Positions 8,221 through 18,520 of a stretch of 64,000 nucleotides of DNA are shown here, piece by piece. The stretch's first letter is position 1, and every line of letters starts with the position of its first letter. Origin of the DNA: Candidatus Yanofskybacteria bacterium (lineage in GTDB: Bacteria; Patescibacteriota; Minisyncoccia; 2-02-FULL-40-12; IGHO2-01-FULL-4-A); contig JACPNJ010000001.1 in NCBI GenBank assembly GCA_016185545.1, forward strand, positions 22,565 to 86,564. Direction: 5' to 3'. The notes beneath the pieces are model-generated. The model worked only from the letters and a program-made list of their open reading frames with translations. It was not told the origin of the DNA and ran no database searches. A program made the translations under genes and the position numbers.

Positions 8221-10923
8221 ATGAGCGAACAAAATAAAGGCCTTTCGTGGCCTCGTTTATTTGGCGAAGGCGATCCGTACGATTCTATTAAATGGGAAAA
8301 ACGAACAGCGGAAATTACCAATGAAAAAGGCAAAGTCTTTTTTAAGCAAAATGGCGTTGAAGTACCGGAATTTTGGAGCCAGAACGCAACCAATATCGTG
8401 GCATCTAAATATTTTCGCGGCAAATTAGAAACGTCTGAAAGAGAAAATAGCATCCGACAAATGGTTGATCGCGTTGTAAATTCAATCACCGCCTGGGGCC
8501 TAAAGGATGGCTATTTTGCAATCGAACAAGATGCTGAAAATTTCAGGCAGGACCTTAAATTATTGATGATAAATCAATGTGCGGCTTTTAACAGTCCGGT
8601 TTGGTTCAATGTCGGAGTTTTTGACAAACCTCAATGTAGTGCTTGCTTCATTCTTAATGTAGAAGATGATTTGGGGTCTATTCTTGGGTGGTATAGCAAT
8701 GAGGGCTGGATTTTTAAGGGTGGTTCTGGCAGTGGGGCGAATCTATCGCATCTAAGATCATCTTATGAGTTTCTTTCCGGGGGGGGGCAGTCATCCGGTC
8801 CGGTATCATTTATGAAAGGCGCCGATGGCGTGGCTAATATTATTCGTTCCGGCGGGAGAACGCGCCGGGCAGCGAAAATGGTGGTATTGAATGTTGATCA
8901 CCCTGACATTATTGATTTTATTGATTGCAAAATGGTGGCAGAAAATATGGTTAGAGCTTTGGAAGCGGCCGGATTCGAAAATTCTTTGGAAGGCGGCAAT
9001 CTAGACCCATATACCATGATTTTTTATCAAAACGCCAACAATTCCGTGCGCGTAACCGATGAATTTATGCGGCGAGTTGAGGCTGATAAGGAATGGGAAT
9101 TAAAAGCAGTAACAACCGGTACAACTATTAAGACAGTTAGGGCTAATGAACTTATGGATAGAATTGCTAATGCTGCTTGGCATTCTGCCGATCCCGGAAT
9201 GCAGTTTGATACTACCATCAACCACTGGCACACTCTTCCAAATTCCGGCAGGATTAATGCCTCTAACCCGTGCAGTGAATATATGTCTATTGATGACAGC
9301 GCTTGCAATCTGGCTTCGCTGAATCTGATGAAATTTTTGAATGACAATGGCACTTTTGATGTTACCAAATTTAAAAACGCTGTTGATACCATAATTCTTG
9401 CCCAAGAAATAATCGTAGATAATTCTTCCTATCCAACGCCTAAAATTACCATGAACGCGCGAGCTTATCGCCAACTTGGTTTGGGCTATACAAATCTTGG
9501 AAGCTTGTTGATGAACCTGGGATTAGCTTACGATTCCGACGATGGCCGTACTGTAGCCGCCGCCATTACATCTATTATGCACGGCGAGGCTAATTGTATG
9601 TCTGCCAGAATGGCTGAGGTGATGGGACCATTTTCAGGTTATACAATGAATCGTGAAGAAATGTTAAGAGTCATGTCTAATCATGGTTCAAAAGCAGGAA
9701 ATCTGGCTGACAGTTCTGAATTATTAACTAGATTTTTTGGAGACAATTACAGAGAACTATGGGGTATTTGGGAAGATGTGCTATCTCTCGGACAGCAATT
9801 TGGCTACCGCAACTCACAAGTGACGGTTTTGGCTCCTACTGGCACCATCTCTTTTCTGATGGATTGCGACACAACTGGTATTGAGCCGGAACTGGCATTG
9901 GTAAAGCAAAAGAAATTGGTTGGCGGCGGGACGATGAAATTGGTAAACCATCAAGTCGCGGGGGCATTAAAGAATCTAAAATATCCAGAGCAAGACATAA
10001 AGAAGATTATTGACTACGTTGATAAAAGGGGAACGATTGAGGGGGCTCCGCATTTAAAGCCAGAACACTTGCCCATCTTTGACTGCTCATTCAAGGCGCA
10101 GAACGGCGTTAGAAGCATCAGCTATTTGGGTCATATCAAAATGATGGGCGCTGTCCAACCGTTTATATCCGGCGCGATTTCTAAGACCGTAAATTTACCC
10201 AGTGATGCTACGGTTGAGGATATTCGTGACGCTTTTATACAATCATGGAAGCACGGCTTGAAAGCGATAGCGGTTTACCGCGATGGCTGTAAAAGCGTAC
10301 AGCCGCTCAATGTTTCAAACGAAGAAAAATCAAAAAAGACAACGAATTCACAAGTTGTTGACGGCAATCTTATCCAGACAGTCGGCAATTACACCAGAAG
10401 AAAATTGCCAGTTACAAGAAACGCGATAACCCATAAGTTTTCTCTCGGCGGCCATGAAGGATATTTGACCGTCGGTCTTTATACTGATGGAACTCCCGGC
10501 GAAACATTTATTGTCATGGCAAAGGAAGGGAGCACGGTATCCGGATTGGTTGACACAATCGCTACCCTTATTTCAGTAGCCCTGCAATCGGGTGTGCCAC
10601 TAAAGGTTCTGGTTAATAAGTTTAAAGATATGAGATTTGAGCCAGCAGGTATAACTGAAAATCAGGATATCCGTTTTGCGAGTTCAATTGTTGATTATAT
10701 ATTTAAATGGCTTGGGAAGAGGTTTCTTTCAAAGGAAGACCAGGAAGAAATTTTTGGTCTGCCGCATGATCCAACACCCACTGACAGCACTGAAAAAATA
10801 GTTCTCGGTGGTAATGTCAATACGGACGCGCCGACATGTGGTCTGTGTGGTACTATTATGAATAGAGCTGGTTCGTGTTATACGTGTCCGAACTGTGCCA
10901 ATACAACCGGTTCGTGCGACTGA
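8221..10923 (+). CDS. nrdJ: Class II (B12-dependent) ribonucleotide reductase
   Basis: FNSPVWFN, QCSACFI, SNPCSEY, APTGTIS, ISKTVN; C-terminal TSCPD-like domain and Cys4 ribbon. Confidence 0.93.
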   Translation: MSEQNKGLSWPRLFGEGDPYDSIKWEKRTAEITNEKGKVFFKQNGVEVPEFWSQNATNIVASKYFRGKLETSERENSIRQMVDRVVNSITAWGLKDGYFAIEQDAENFRQDLKLLMINQCAAFNSPVWFNVGVFDKPQCSACFILNVEDDLGSILGWYSNEGWIFKGGSGSGANLSHLRSSYEFLSGGGQSSGPVSFMKGADGVANIIRSGGRTRRAAKMVVLNVDHPDIIDFIDCKMVAENMVRALEAAGFENSLEGGNLDPYTMIFYQNANNSVRVTDEFMRRVEADKEWELKAVTTGTTIKTVRANELMDRIANAAWHSADPGMQFDTTINHWHTLPNSGRINASNPCSEYMSIDDSACNLASLNLMKFLNDNGTFDVTKFKNAVDTIILAQEIIVDNSSYPTPKITMNARAYRQLGLGYTNLGSLLMNLGLAYDSDDGRTVAAAITSIMHGEANCMSARMAEVMGPFSGYTMNREEMLRVMSNHGSKAGNLADSSELLTRFFGDNYRELWGIWEDVLSLGQQFGYRNSQVTVLAPTGTISFLMDCDTTGIEPELALVKQKKLVGGGTMKLVNHQVAGALKNLKYPEQDIKKIIDYVDKRGTIEGAPHLKPEHLPIFDCSFKAQNGVRSISYLGHIKMMGAVQPFISGAISKTVNLPSDATVEDIRDAFIQSWKHGLKAIAVYRDGCKSVQPLNVSNEEKSKKTTNSQVVDGNLIQTVGNYTRRKLPVTRNAITHKFSLGGHEGYLTVGLYTDGTPGETFIVMAKEGSTVSGLVDTIATLISVALQSGVPLKVLVNKFKDMRFEPAGITENQDIRFASSIVDYIFKWLGKRFLSKEDQEEIFGLPHDPTPTDSTEKIVLGGNVNTDAPTCGLCGTIMNRAGSCYTCPNCANTTGSCD

Positions 10924-11142
10924 TATTTTAATGCCCGCTTATCAGCGGGTTTTGTTTTACAATTTTTTTTACTATTGATGCATGTTTAAACCTCCAATCC
11001 AGCCAAGCGGTGGCAGAGTATTAAGTGGCGGAGTATTAATTTGATAAATTTTACTATAGTGATATCCTAAATTTAGATTTTTTGACAATCAAATTCAAAT
11101 ATTTGCCAACCGTGTATTCTTGTGTAAGAATTGAGGGAAATT

Positions 11143-12975
11143 ATGCCATTGGAAAAACTACTGCTACTGCCTGAGACGAAAATTGAACACAAAAATAAGC
11201 CATCGTTTTTTGAGCGAATCGGCAGGCCGGAACTAAAAGAAAAATTAACACCCGAAACCCCGTGGGCGTATTTCACGATGGAAATGTACGGGCACGGCAT
11301 CAGGGGGGGCGGCGGTTTGGGAATTCTGGCGGATGATACGTTGGAAACTATGAGTAAGCTCGGGATACCTTCAATTTTTGTAACGCCGCTTTATACCCAG
11401 GAAAGACATCAAGTGTTTAAGGGACTCAAACAGCAGATAAAATTTGTATCTGTTCGTTCTGAAGAACTGGAAAAGCGCGGATTCAAACGAACAGGTTCAT
11501 CGGTATCTGTAAAAGAAATTATAGATGGAAAACCGGACTCCACTGAGTTAAAAGAATATCTACAGCAAGTCGGCAACGTTCCATTATTGACTATAACCGA
11601 GCGAAATTTTGGCGCGGTTCATCAGGACGAAAATAACAGCGAACACCGTCTTTATCAGGAAATTGCGCTGGGTTTCGGTGGTTGGCAAGCGCTAAGAAAA
11701 AAGGGGATAAGGCCGCCAGTGGTGCAGCTGAACGAGGCGACCACGGTTTTTGCAGCGCTTGCGGCTCTTGATGAAAAAACACAGGAAACCGGCGATTTTG
11801 AACAGGCGTTGCGCGCGGTAAAAGATATTGTCATCTATACTAACCACACCTTGGTGCAAGCCGCTGAAGCGGATTTCTCCATTGAAAAATTTGAAAAGTT
11901 TGTAATACCCAATATCCAAAATGAAACAGTAAAGATTTGGCTTAGGGGGCTGTTTAGGGACGGCAGGCTTAAATTGAGCACTATAGCTATAGAACTTGCG
12001 GGCAAGAAAAACGGGGTCAGTTTAATTCACGCGCGCGAGGCCAGCAAGACTTATAAGGATATTCACGGCAACAATGTGGAATTTGAAGGTATAACCAATG
12101 GCATTGTCCTTGATAGGTGGGGAAGCCAGGAGCTCCTCGCGTATTATCGCGAACGGGGCATTCTTGATGAATTTGACTTGCCAGCGCCGGATTTTGAGAA
12201 AAAAATCCAATCTTTGGATCAGGAAAAACTTGAAGAAATAAAAAAACGCGACCGCGCGTCCACCCGCGATGTTTTGAAAAAACACAGAAACCAATATGGC
12301 AAACCGGTAAATATACCATTGGAAGCAAAAATATACGATTGGAAACGGAGAATTGCCGAATATAAACGGCCGGGCATGATTTTTGAACGTCCTGATGAAC
12401 TGGCTGGCATCCTTGAGGAGCACGACGCTTATTTAGTAATGGCCGGCGAAGCGCATTCGGCCGATAAGCCGATGCAGATCGAGCTTGCTAGAATACTCCA
12501 AGTTATTAATGATAACCCGATTCTCAAAAAACGCGTACATTTTGTTAAAAATTATAACGAGGTATTGGCAAAATCTTTGGCGCAGGGAGCAGATGCTTCA
12601 CTTAATACGCCACGCGTCAGGAATGAAAGGGGAGAACGTATCAGTACAGAGGCCTGTGGCACCTCATGGGAAAAAGATATACTTGGCAATACTATTTTAA
12701 TTTCTACGCCTGATGGGGGAGCGGCTGACCTGGAAGTGCGTGCCGGGCAGGGCGCGGCAAAAGAAACGCCGCCATTTTTGGAAATAAATGGGCAGAATTT
12801 TAATGAAGAAGTTACTTCACTTTATGAACAAATGCGCCAGGCCGCCGAATTACTGGATGATAAAGACAAAAAAACCAAACATCTCAAATTGCAATTAGCG
12901 GCTTATTTGCCCATAATTTCCAGTACGCGCATGGAGGCAGATTATCTTAATCTGGGTTTCTCGCCGCAAAATTAA
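11143..12975 (+). CDS. Compact alpha-glucan (glycogen/starch) phosphorylase family protein
   Basis: AYFTMEM, GGGLGILA, RLYQEIALGFGG, LNE, TNHT, ITNG, RRIAEYKR, EACGTSWEK. Confidence 0.8.
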   Translation: MPLEKLLLLPETKIEHKNKPSFFERIGRPELKEKLTPETPWAYFTMEMYGHGIRGGGGLGILADDTLETMSKLGIPSIFVTPLYTQERHQVFKGLKQQIKFVSVRSEELEKRGFKRTGSSVSVKEIIDGKPDSTELKEYLQQVGNVPLLTITERNFGAVHQDENNSEHRLYQEIALGFGGWQALRKKGIRPPVVQLNEATTVFAALAALDEKTQETGDFEQALRAVKDIVIYTNHTLVQAAEADFSIEKFEKFVIPNIQNETVKIWLRGLFRDGRLKLSTIAIELAGKKNGVSLIHAREASKTYKDIHGNNVEFEGITNGIVLDRWGSQELLAYYRERGILDEFDLPAPDFEKKIQSLDQEKLEEIKKRDRASTRDVLKKHRNQYGKPVNIPLEAKIYDWKRRIAEYKRPGMIFERPDELAGILEEHDAYLVMAGEAHSADKPMQIELARILQVINDNPILKKRVHFVKNYNEVLAKSLAQGADASLNTPRVRNERGERISTEACGTSWEKDILGNTILISTPDGGAADLEVRAGQGAAKETPPFLEINGQNFNEEVTSLYEQMRQAAELLDDKDKKTKHLKLQLAAYLPIISSTRMEADYLNLGFSPQN

Positions 12976-13011
12976 AACGCAAACTCTTTCCTGTTAATAT
13001 TCAATCTGACC

Positions 13012-13034
13012 AATATACCCCCCGGGGGTATATT
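13012..13034. promoter_or_regulatory. CsoR-type operator
   Basis: aatatacccccc-gggggtatatt palindrome (ATACC-C/G tract-GGTAT) upstream of Cu-ATPase. Confidence 0.75.
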
Positions 13035-13041
13035 TAATTTA

Positions 13042-13182
13042 ATGACTAATCCAGGTTCTAAAAAGCGGCTTTATTTAATTTTGGGCGTACCATTGGAAGA
13101 ACTTTTGTTCGCATTCAGCTTTGGATTTCTCTAGTCAAGTATTTACGAATATTTTACTTAGCGTAAAATTAAAATAAGTTAA
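13042..13182 (+). pseudogene. Remnant with lycopene-cyclase-domain-like motif, two in-frame TAG
   Basis: MTNPGSKKRLYLILGVPLEELLFAFSFGFL*SSIYEYFT*RKIKIS*. Confidence 0.5.
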
Positions 13183-13184
13183 AT

Positions 13185-15377
13185 ATGGAACACAATCAAC
13201 ATAATCAAAAAGATCACAAAGAAAAAGGCGTTATCTATACCTGTCCGATGCATCCGGAAGTGCGGAGAGCCGAGTCTGGCAAATGCCCGGGGTGCGGCAT
13301 GGACCTTATTCCCAAAGAAGTTGACGGGGGCATAACGGAATATGATGTTTCGGAGTTGAGCCATAAGGAGCACGAAGCGGCAATGGCAAACTCGCAAATG
13401 GCCAAGAAAATGGAGCAAGATATGCGCCGTCGGTTTTGGATTTCGTTTTTGCTTTCAATACCGATTTTTCTTTATTCGCCGGTCGGCATTAATTTTTTTA
13501 AGCTTAATCTTCCGACTCCCATTTCCATCAATTGGCTGCTTTTGATCCTTACCACCCCGATTGTTTTCTGGACCGGCTCAATTTTTATTACGGGGACTTA
13601 TTATTCGCTCAAGGCGCGCAAGCTTAATATGTCGGTTCTTATTGCCACCGGTGTTTTGACGGCGTATCTTTTCAGTTTTTTGCTGACTATAGCGCAGCCC
13701 GGGTCGGAAACTTTCTATGAAGCGGCGGCTTTGCTGGTTACCTTCGTACTTTTCGGCCATTGGATGGAAATGAAATCTCGGCGCGGTACTTCCGACGCTT
13801 TGCGCGCGCTTTTTGACCTTGTTCCCCCACGGGCAAGAATTATCCGCAACGGAAAAGAAATTACAATTCCAAGCGCCGAAATCGTACACGGCGATATCGT
13901 GGTTTTGCGTCCAGGCGACAAAGTTCCGGTTGACGGTGACGTAACGGAAGGGCAGAGCGCAATTGACGAATCGCTGGTTACGGGCGAATCAATTCCTGTT
14001 GCTAAAAAAATAAGTGATAAAGTTATAGGCGGTTCGGTAAATCAAACGGGTACGATTAAATTTAAGGCAACGCAAGTTGGCTCGGAAACTGTGCTGGCTA
14101 ACATAATCAAGCTTGTTGAAACAGCGCAAAATTCTAAAGCGCCGGGTCAGCGCATTGCCGACAAAGCGGCCGGTTGGCTGGTGATAGTCGCAATTAGTTC
14201 GGGATTGGCGGCGTTTTTTGGGTGGTATTTCGGCGCCGGGAACGGGCTTATCGTGTCGCTTACTTTTGCTGTTTCAACAGTGGTAATTGCCTGTCCGGAC
14301 GCGCTTGGGCTTGCAACTCCCACCGCTGTTGCGGTCGGTACTGGCATTGGAGCCAAATACAACATTCTTATAAAAGATGCGGCAACGCTTGAAAACACTT
14401 CGCGTATAAATGCTGTTATTTTGGATAAAACCGGAACGCTAACCGAGGGAAAACCGAAAGTTACCGACGTTGTGGCATTCAACAACTTCAGCGAGCAGGA
14501 ATTGCTCAAATATGAAGCCAGTCTTGAGGCCGGTTCCAATCACCCGCTTGCTAAAGCTATTTTTGAAGAAACTAAAAGGCGCAATGCCTTACCGCTCAAG
14601 CCAGTGGAAAATTTTGAATCCGTCGCCGGTCGCGGGCTTAAGGCAAAAATTGGCGGCAAGATTGTTTTAGCCGGTAATGAAAAATTGCTCCGAGACGACG
14701 GCATTGCCACTGAGCCGGCAAAAGATATTCTTGACCGGCTTGCCGGCGAGGGGAAGACGTTGAGCTTATTGGCAATTGACGGAGTCTTTGCCGGGGTTAT
14801 TGCCGCTGCCGACCCGTCCAGAAATAATTCCAAAAAAACCGTTGCCGCTCTCAGGAAAATGAATATGGAAGTGGCGATGATTACCGGCGATCATACGAAA
14901 GTGGCGAAAGGCATCGGAAGAGAGTTGGGCATTGACCGCGTGTTTGCCGAGGTACTTCCCGAAGATAAAGCGAAATATGTTAAAAAATTGCAAAATGAAG
15001 GTAAATTCGTGGCAATGGTGGGGGACGGCATTAATGACGCGCCGGCACTGGCGCAAGCAGACATCGGCATCGCTATTGGCGCCGGTACCGATGTTGCTAT
15101 TGAAACCGGCAATATCGTGCTTATGAAATCTGACCCATACGATATTGTCGCGGCCATCAGGCTAAGCAAGGCCACGGTTACCAAAATGAAACAAAATCTT
15201 TTCTGGGCGGCAATATACAACCTGCTGGCTATTCCGGTTGCCGCCGGCGTTTTTTATAATTCTCTCGGTTGGTCTCTGCGGCCGGAAATTTCCGCGCTTC
15301 TGATGTCGGCCTCATCAATTATCGTTGCTACTAATGCCGTTTTATTAAAAAGAGTAGAGCCGAAATTAAAAGTGTAG
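13185..15377 (+). CDS. Copper-translocating P1B-type ATPase
   Basis: YTCPMHP heavy-metal domain, TGES, CPD, DKTGT, HP, GDGINDAP, YN and MxxSS. Confidence 0.93.
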   Translation: MEHNQHNQKDHKEKGVIYTCPMHPEVRRAESGKCPGCGMDLIPKEVDGGITEYDVSELSHKEHEAAMANSQMAKKMEQDMRRRFWISFLLSIPIFLYSPVGINFFKLNLPTPISINWLLLILTTPIVFWTGSIFITGTYYSLKARKLNMSVLIATGVLTAYLFSFLLTIAQPGSETFYEAAALLVTFVLFGHWMEMKSRRGTSDALRALFDLVPPRARIIRNGKEITIPSAEIVHGDIVVLRPGDKVPVDGDVTEGQSAIDESLVTGESIPVAKKISDKVIGGSVNQTGTIKFKATQVGSETVLANIIKLVETAQNSKAPGQRIADKAAGWLVIVAISSGLAAFFGWYFGAGNGLIVSLTFAVSTVVIACPDALGLATPTAVAVGTGIGAKYNILIKDAATLENTSRINAVILDKTGTLTEGKPKVTDVVAFNNFSEQELLKYEASLEAGSNHPLAKAIFEETKRRNALPLKPVENFESVAGRGLKAKIGGKIVLAGNEKLLRDDGIATEPAKDILDRLAGEGKTLSLLAIDGVFAGVIAAADPSRNNSKKTVAALRKMNMEVAMITGDHTKVAKGIGRELGIDRVFAEVLPEDKAKYVKKLQNEGKFVAMVGDGINDAPALAQADIGIAIGAGTDVAIETGNIVLMKSDPYDIVAAIRLSKATVTKMKQNLFWAAIYNLLAIPVAAGVFYNSLGWSLRPEISALLMSASSIIVATNAVLLKRVEPKLKV

Positions 15378-15410
15378 AATATATAAGTGACCGTGGTATA
15401 ATAAAATCAA

Positions 15411-15890
15411 ATGGGCATTTTCTCATTTCTAACTTACAAACCGGTGTTAATTGGAATACACTTGGGCTTTGCTATTGTCGGTATAGACGCGTTTTTGTGG
15501 TATCTGGGGGAGTTAGCCGGCAAGTCGCAAAATCACACTAGGATTAAATGGGTTTCCATAATCGGCGTAATCGGTTTTGCTTTAAGCTGGCTGTTTGGCG
15601 GATATTATTATGTCGTTAATTACGGCAAGCTTGTGAAACCGGTAATTCTTAAAGGCACCGCGCCGTGGGCACATGCTATTGCGATGGAGGCTAAGGAGCA
15701 TGTGTTTTTATTTATTATACCGCTGGCGTTGACCGCGGTTTTTTTGGCATTTTTGAACCAAGAGGAGTTTAAGAAAAATAATTTGCACCGAGTCGTAATG
15801 GCTTTGACCGGACTGATTGCGGGTTTGGGATTGGCAATAGGTGCAATGGGCTACATAATCTCATCTGCGGCAAGGTGGGGAATAATATGA
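15411..15890 (+). CDS. Membrane protein (4 TM, His-containing)
   Basis: Hydrophobic helices; TATAAT 8 nt upstream. Confidence 0.7.
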   Translation: MGIFSFLTYKPVLIGIHLGFAIVGIDAFLWYLGELAGKSQNHTRIKWVSIIGVIGFALSWLFGGYYYVVNYGKLVKPVILKGTAPWAHAIAMEAKEHVFLFIIPLALTAVFLAFLNQEEFKKNNLHRVVMALTGLIAGLGLAIGAMGYIISSAARWGII

Positions 15891-16207
15891 AAAATATAAA
15901 ACTCGTTTATTCATCTTCAATAGCCGCGACACTCACCATAATTACAATTACCATAGTTACAATTTTGGGCGAGCTTTTGCCTGCATTTAAAGATTTTCTC
16001 AAAAGTTTTACCGGTCATCACTGGCTGACCAAAAGCGTGCTGTCGCTTTTGGTTTATTTCGGGGGGGTAACCCTGTTTTATTTGATACCAAAAAACATCG
16101 GTTCTAATACATTGCGCCGAGCGTTGATATTTTTGATTTTGACCGTAATGGCTGGCTTTTTAGTAATACTTCTCTTTTTTATTTGGCACTTTATTTATAT
16201 GGTATAA
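15887..16207 (+). CDS. Small membrane protein (3 TM, GHHW motif)
   Basis: ATGA overlap with previous gene; hydrophobic. Confidence 0.65.
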   Translation: MKNIKLVYSSSIAATLTIITITIVTILGELLPAFKDFLKSFTGHHWLTKSVLSLLVYFGGVTLFYLIPKNIGSNTLRRALIFLILTVMAGFLVILLFFIWHFIYMV

Positions 16208-16273
16208 AAACATACCAGTTTCATATGTTCGCAGTTTTGCTTTTGGCGTTGAAGATAGTTTAGGACGGATTTT

Positions 16274-17050
16274 ATGGATATAATTCAATTATTTATTTTG
16301 AGTGTTCTAGAGGGTTTCACGGAGTTTTTGCCGATCTCATCAACGGCCCATCTTATTTTAGCGTCCCAATTATTTCAATTGGGCGAGTCAGATTTTTTAA
16401 AAAGTTTTATGATTGCCATTCAGTTCGGCGCGATATTGGCAGTCGTTTTTCTTTATGCGCGACGACTGTTAAAAGATTGGGAGATGGGCAAAAAAATACT
16501 GGTGGCCTTTTTGCCGACGGCAGTGATAGGTTTTTTGCTGTATAAAATAATCAGAGGAGTTTTATTTGAAAGTCCGCTTGTAATTATCATCGCTTTGTTC
16601 GTGGGCGGTATTATTCTGATAATTTTTGAACTATTGTTTAAAGAAAAAGAAACCCACATTGCTGATATGAAAGATATTACTTATGCCCAGGCGTTTGCAG
16701 TCGGTTGCGCTCAATCATTGGCGATTATACCCGGCGTATCGCGTGCGGCGGCAACTATCATGGGTGGGATGTTTGTCGGAATAAAACGGGTAGCGATAGT
16801 TGAGTTTTCTTTTGTTTTAGCCGTTCCTACAATGGCCGCGGCGGCTGGCTACGACTTTTTTAAAAACGCTGGCGGATTTACAGCCAGCCAATTCCATTTA
16901 TTGGCGGCGGGATTTATTATTTCTTTTTTTGCCGCTTTACTAGGTGTAAAATTCCTGCTTAATTTGATACAGCGTTACTCATTTGTTGGATTCGGAGTTT
17001 ACCGGATAGTTGTAGCTGTTATATTTTTCATCTTTCTTATCTATAAATAA
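16274..17050 (+). CDS. uppP: Undecaprenyl-diphosphate phosphatase
   Basis: EGFTEFLPISSTAH, IQFGAILAV, PGVSR. Confidence 0.93.
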   Translation: MDIIQLFILSVLEGFTEFLPISSTAHLILASQLFQLGESDFLKSFMIAIQFGAILAVVFLYARRLLKDWEMGKKILVAFLPTAVIGFLLYKIIRGVLFESPLVIIIALFVGGIILIIFELLFKEKETHIADMKDITYAQAFAVGCAQSLAIIPGVSRAAATIMGGMFVGIKRVAIVEFSFVLAVPTMAAAAGYDFFKNAGGFTASQFHLLAAGFIISFFAALLGVKFLLNLIQRYSFVGFGVYRIVVAVIFFIFLIYK

Positions 17051-17167
17051 CACATCCTTTATTTTGATTCCCAGGTCCAGTTAAGGTCGGTACTGGTACA
17101 AAAATTGTAATTCGCGATATAATATTGGATATTACATGGGTTTTAATTATTCGGTGCATTTAGTTTT

Positions 17168-17644
17168 ATGACCAAATTTCAAAAAATTTCTTTATTTATT
17201 TTACGTGTTTCTGCGGGCTGGATGTTTTTTTGGGCAGGAATCACTAAGGTTCTTGATCCGACATGGTCTGCGGCCGGATATTTGCAGGGAGCCAAAACGT
17301 TTAGCGATTTCTACCGTTGGCTTACAATGCCCGGCTTGTTGCCGTTTACTAATTTTATAAATGAATGGGGGCTTACACTGTTGGGATTAGCTCTTATTCT
17401 TGGAGTATTTGTCAGGTTGAGCTCGGTTTTAGGGGCGGTGCTTATGCTCTTATACTATTTTCCGATTCTGCAGTTTCCGTACCCTAATACCCATTCATTC
17501 ATAGTAGACGAACACGTTATTTATATTTCAGTTTTGTTATTTTTCGCCGCGACTCATGCCGGTCGGGTTTGGGGGCTAGAGCGATGGTGTTCAAATTTGC
17601 CTATCTGCTCCAAATTTCCGCGGCTGCGCACCTGGTTTGGCTAA
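17168..17644 (+). CDS. DoxX family membrane protein
   Basis: LRVSAGWMFFWAGITK, LILGVFVR, AGRVWGLE. Confidence 0.8.
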   Translation: MTKFQKISLFILRVSAGWMFFWAGITKVLDPTWSAAGYLQGAKTFSDFYRWLTMPGLLPFTNFINEWGLTLLGLALILGVFVRLSSVLGAVLMLLYYFPILQFPYPNTHSFIVDEHVIYISVLLFFAATHAGRVWGLERWCSNLPICSKFPRLRTWFG

Positions 17645-17688
17645 TTGTTATATATAAAATTAAAAAGCGCATTCGCGCTTTTTAGTAA

Positions 17689-18417
17689 CTATTTCCCGAA
17701 CTTTCTTTCGCGTTGGCCGTATTCTTCAATTATTTTTTTAAACTCTTGTTCAGAAAAATCCGGCCAAAGGGTGGGGGAAATATGCACTTCCGAATTGGTG
17801 GTATGCAACATCATGAAACCCGAGCTGTTATGGAGCCATCGCTCCATTGTTTCACCGGTTCTGATTTCTAGATCAACCCGGGGCAAATCTTTTGTCCAAA
17901 AAGCTGCTTTTCTTACTCTTTCAAAATCCGAGCTAGCCAGCGGATGCCAATAATGCCAGTCTTCTATATTTGATCGTATCGTTTCGACTACTTCATGCTC
18001 ACCGCCATATCCCAGCGCAACAGTAAGATTGTGTTTATTAAACGACCGGGTCTGCCATTGGAGTTCATCAATCAGCGATGCCAGATGTTTTGTGGCGGCA
18101 AGTTCTCTCCAATTACCCAAAACCCTGAATCGTATTTGGTTTTCAAATAACTCTTTTACCCAATTGCTTTCAAGCGCCTCTTTTAATAAGGATACCAATG
18201 AACTTATCTCGGCGATACTTCTTTTGGCATGGTTGTCTTCCGACATGGCCCAGAATGTAAAGTAAGAAATCCCGAGGTTGAATGCTATTTTGCTGATTTT
18301 GTGAAAGGTAGCCCTTCCTTCGCGATGGCCGTCTTCATCGGGCAGGCCCCGTAATCTTGCCCATCGACGATTTCCATCCGGTATAATGGCAACATGTTGC
18401 GGTAAATTTTGCTGCAT
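17689..18417 (-). CDS. uppS: Undecaprenyl diphosphate synthase
   Basis: HVAIIPDGNRRWA, SEDN, IRTG, LWPDF. Confidence 0.9.
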   Translation of the reverse strand: MQQNLPQHVAIIPDGNRRWARLRGLPDEDGHREGRATFHKISKIAFNLGISYFTFWAMSEDNHAKRSIAEISSLVSLLKEALESNWVKELFENQIRFRVLGNWRELAATKHLASLIDELQWQTRSFNKHNLTVALGYGGEHEVVETIRSNIEDWHYWHPLASSDFERVRKAAFWTKDLPRVDLEIRTGETMERWLHNSSGFMMLHTTNSEVHISPTLWPDFSEQEFKKIIEEYGQRERKFGK

Positions 18418-18520
18418 AATACTCCCTAGTTTTCAAAGAACGCAAGACTCAAACTTTTATAACAAACAACCGAATGTGAGTCAATTTTAGTCAGCAGGGT
18501 TAAACATTTATAATTTTTAT

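Noticed and set aside
8779-8787. G9 tract in nrdJ as phase-variation site
   Set aside because: Encodes SGGG in a conserved Gly-rich motif, frame intact; no evidence of variation
13132-13161. TAG recoding as Trp
   Set aside because: TAG terminates many bona fide genes here (rplY, rpmG, cysS) and RF1 is present; decay is simpler
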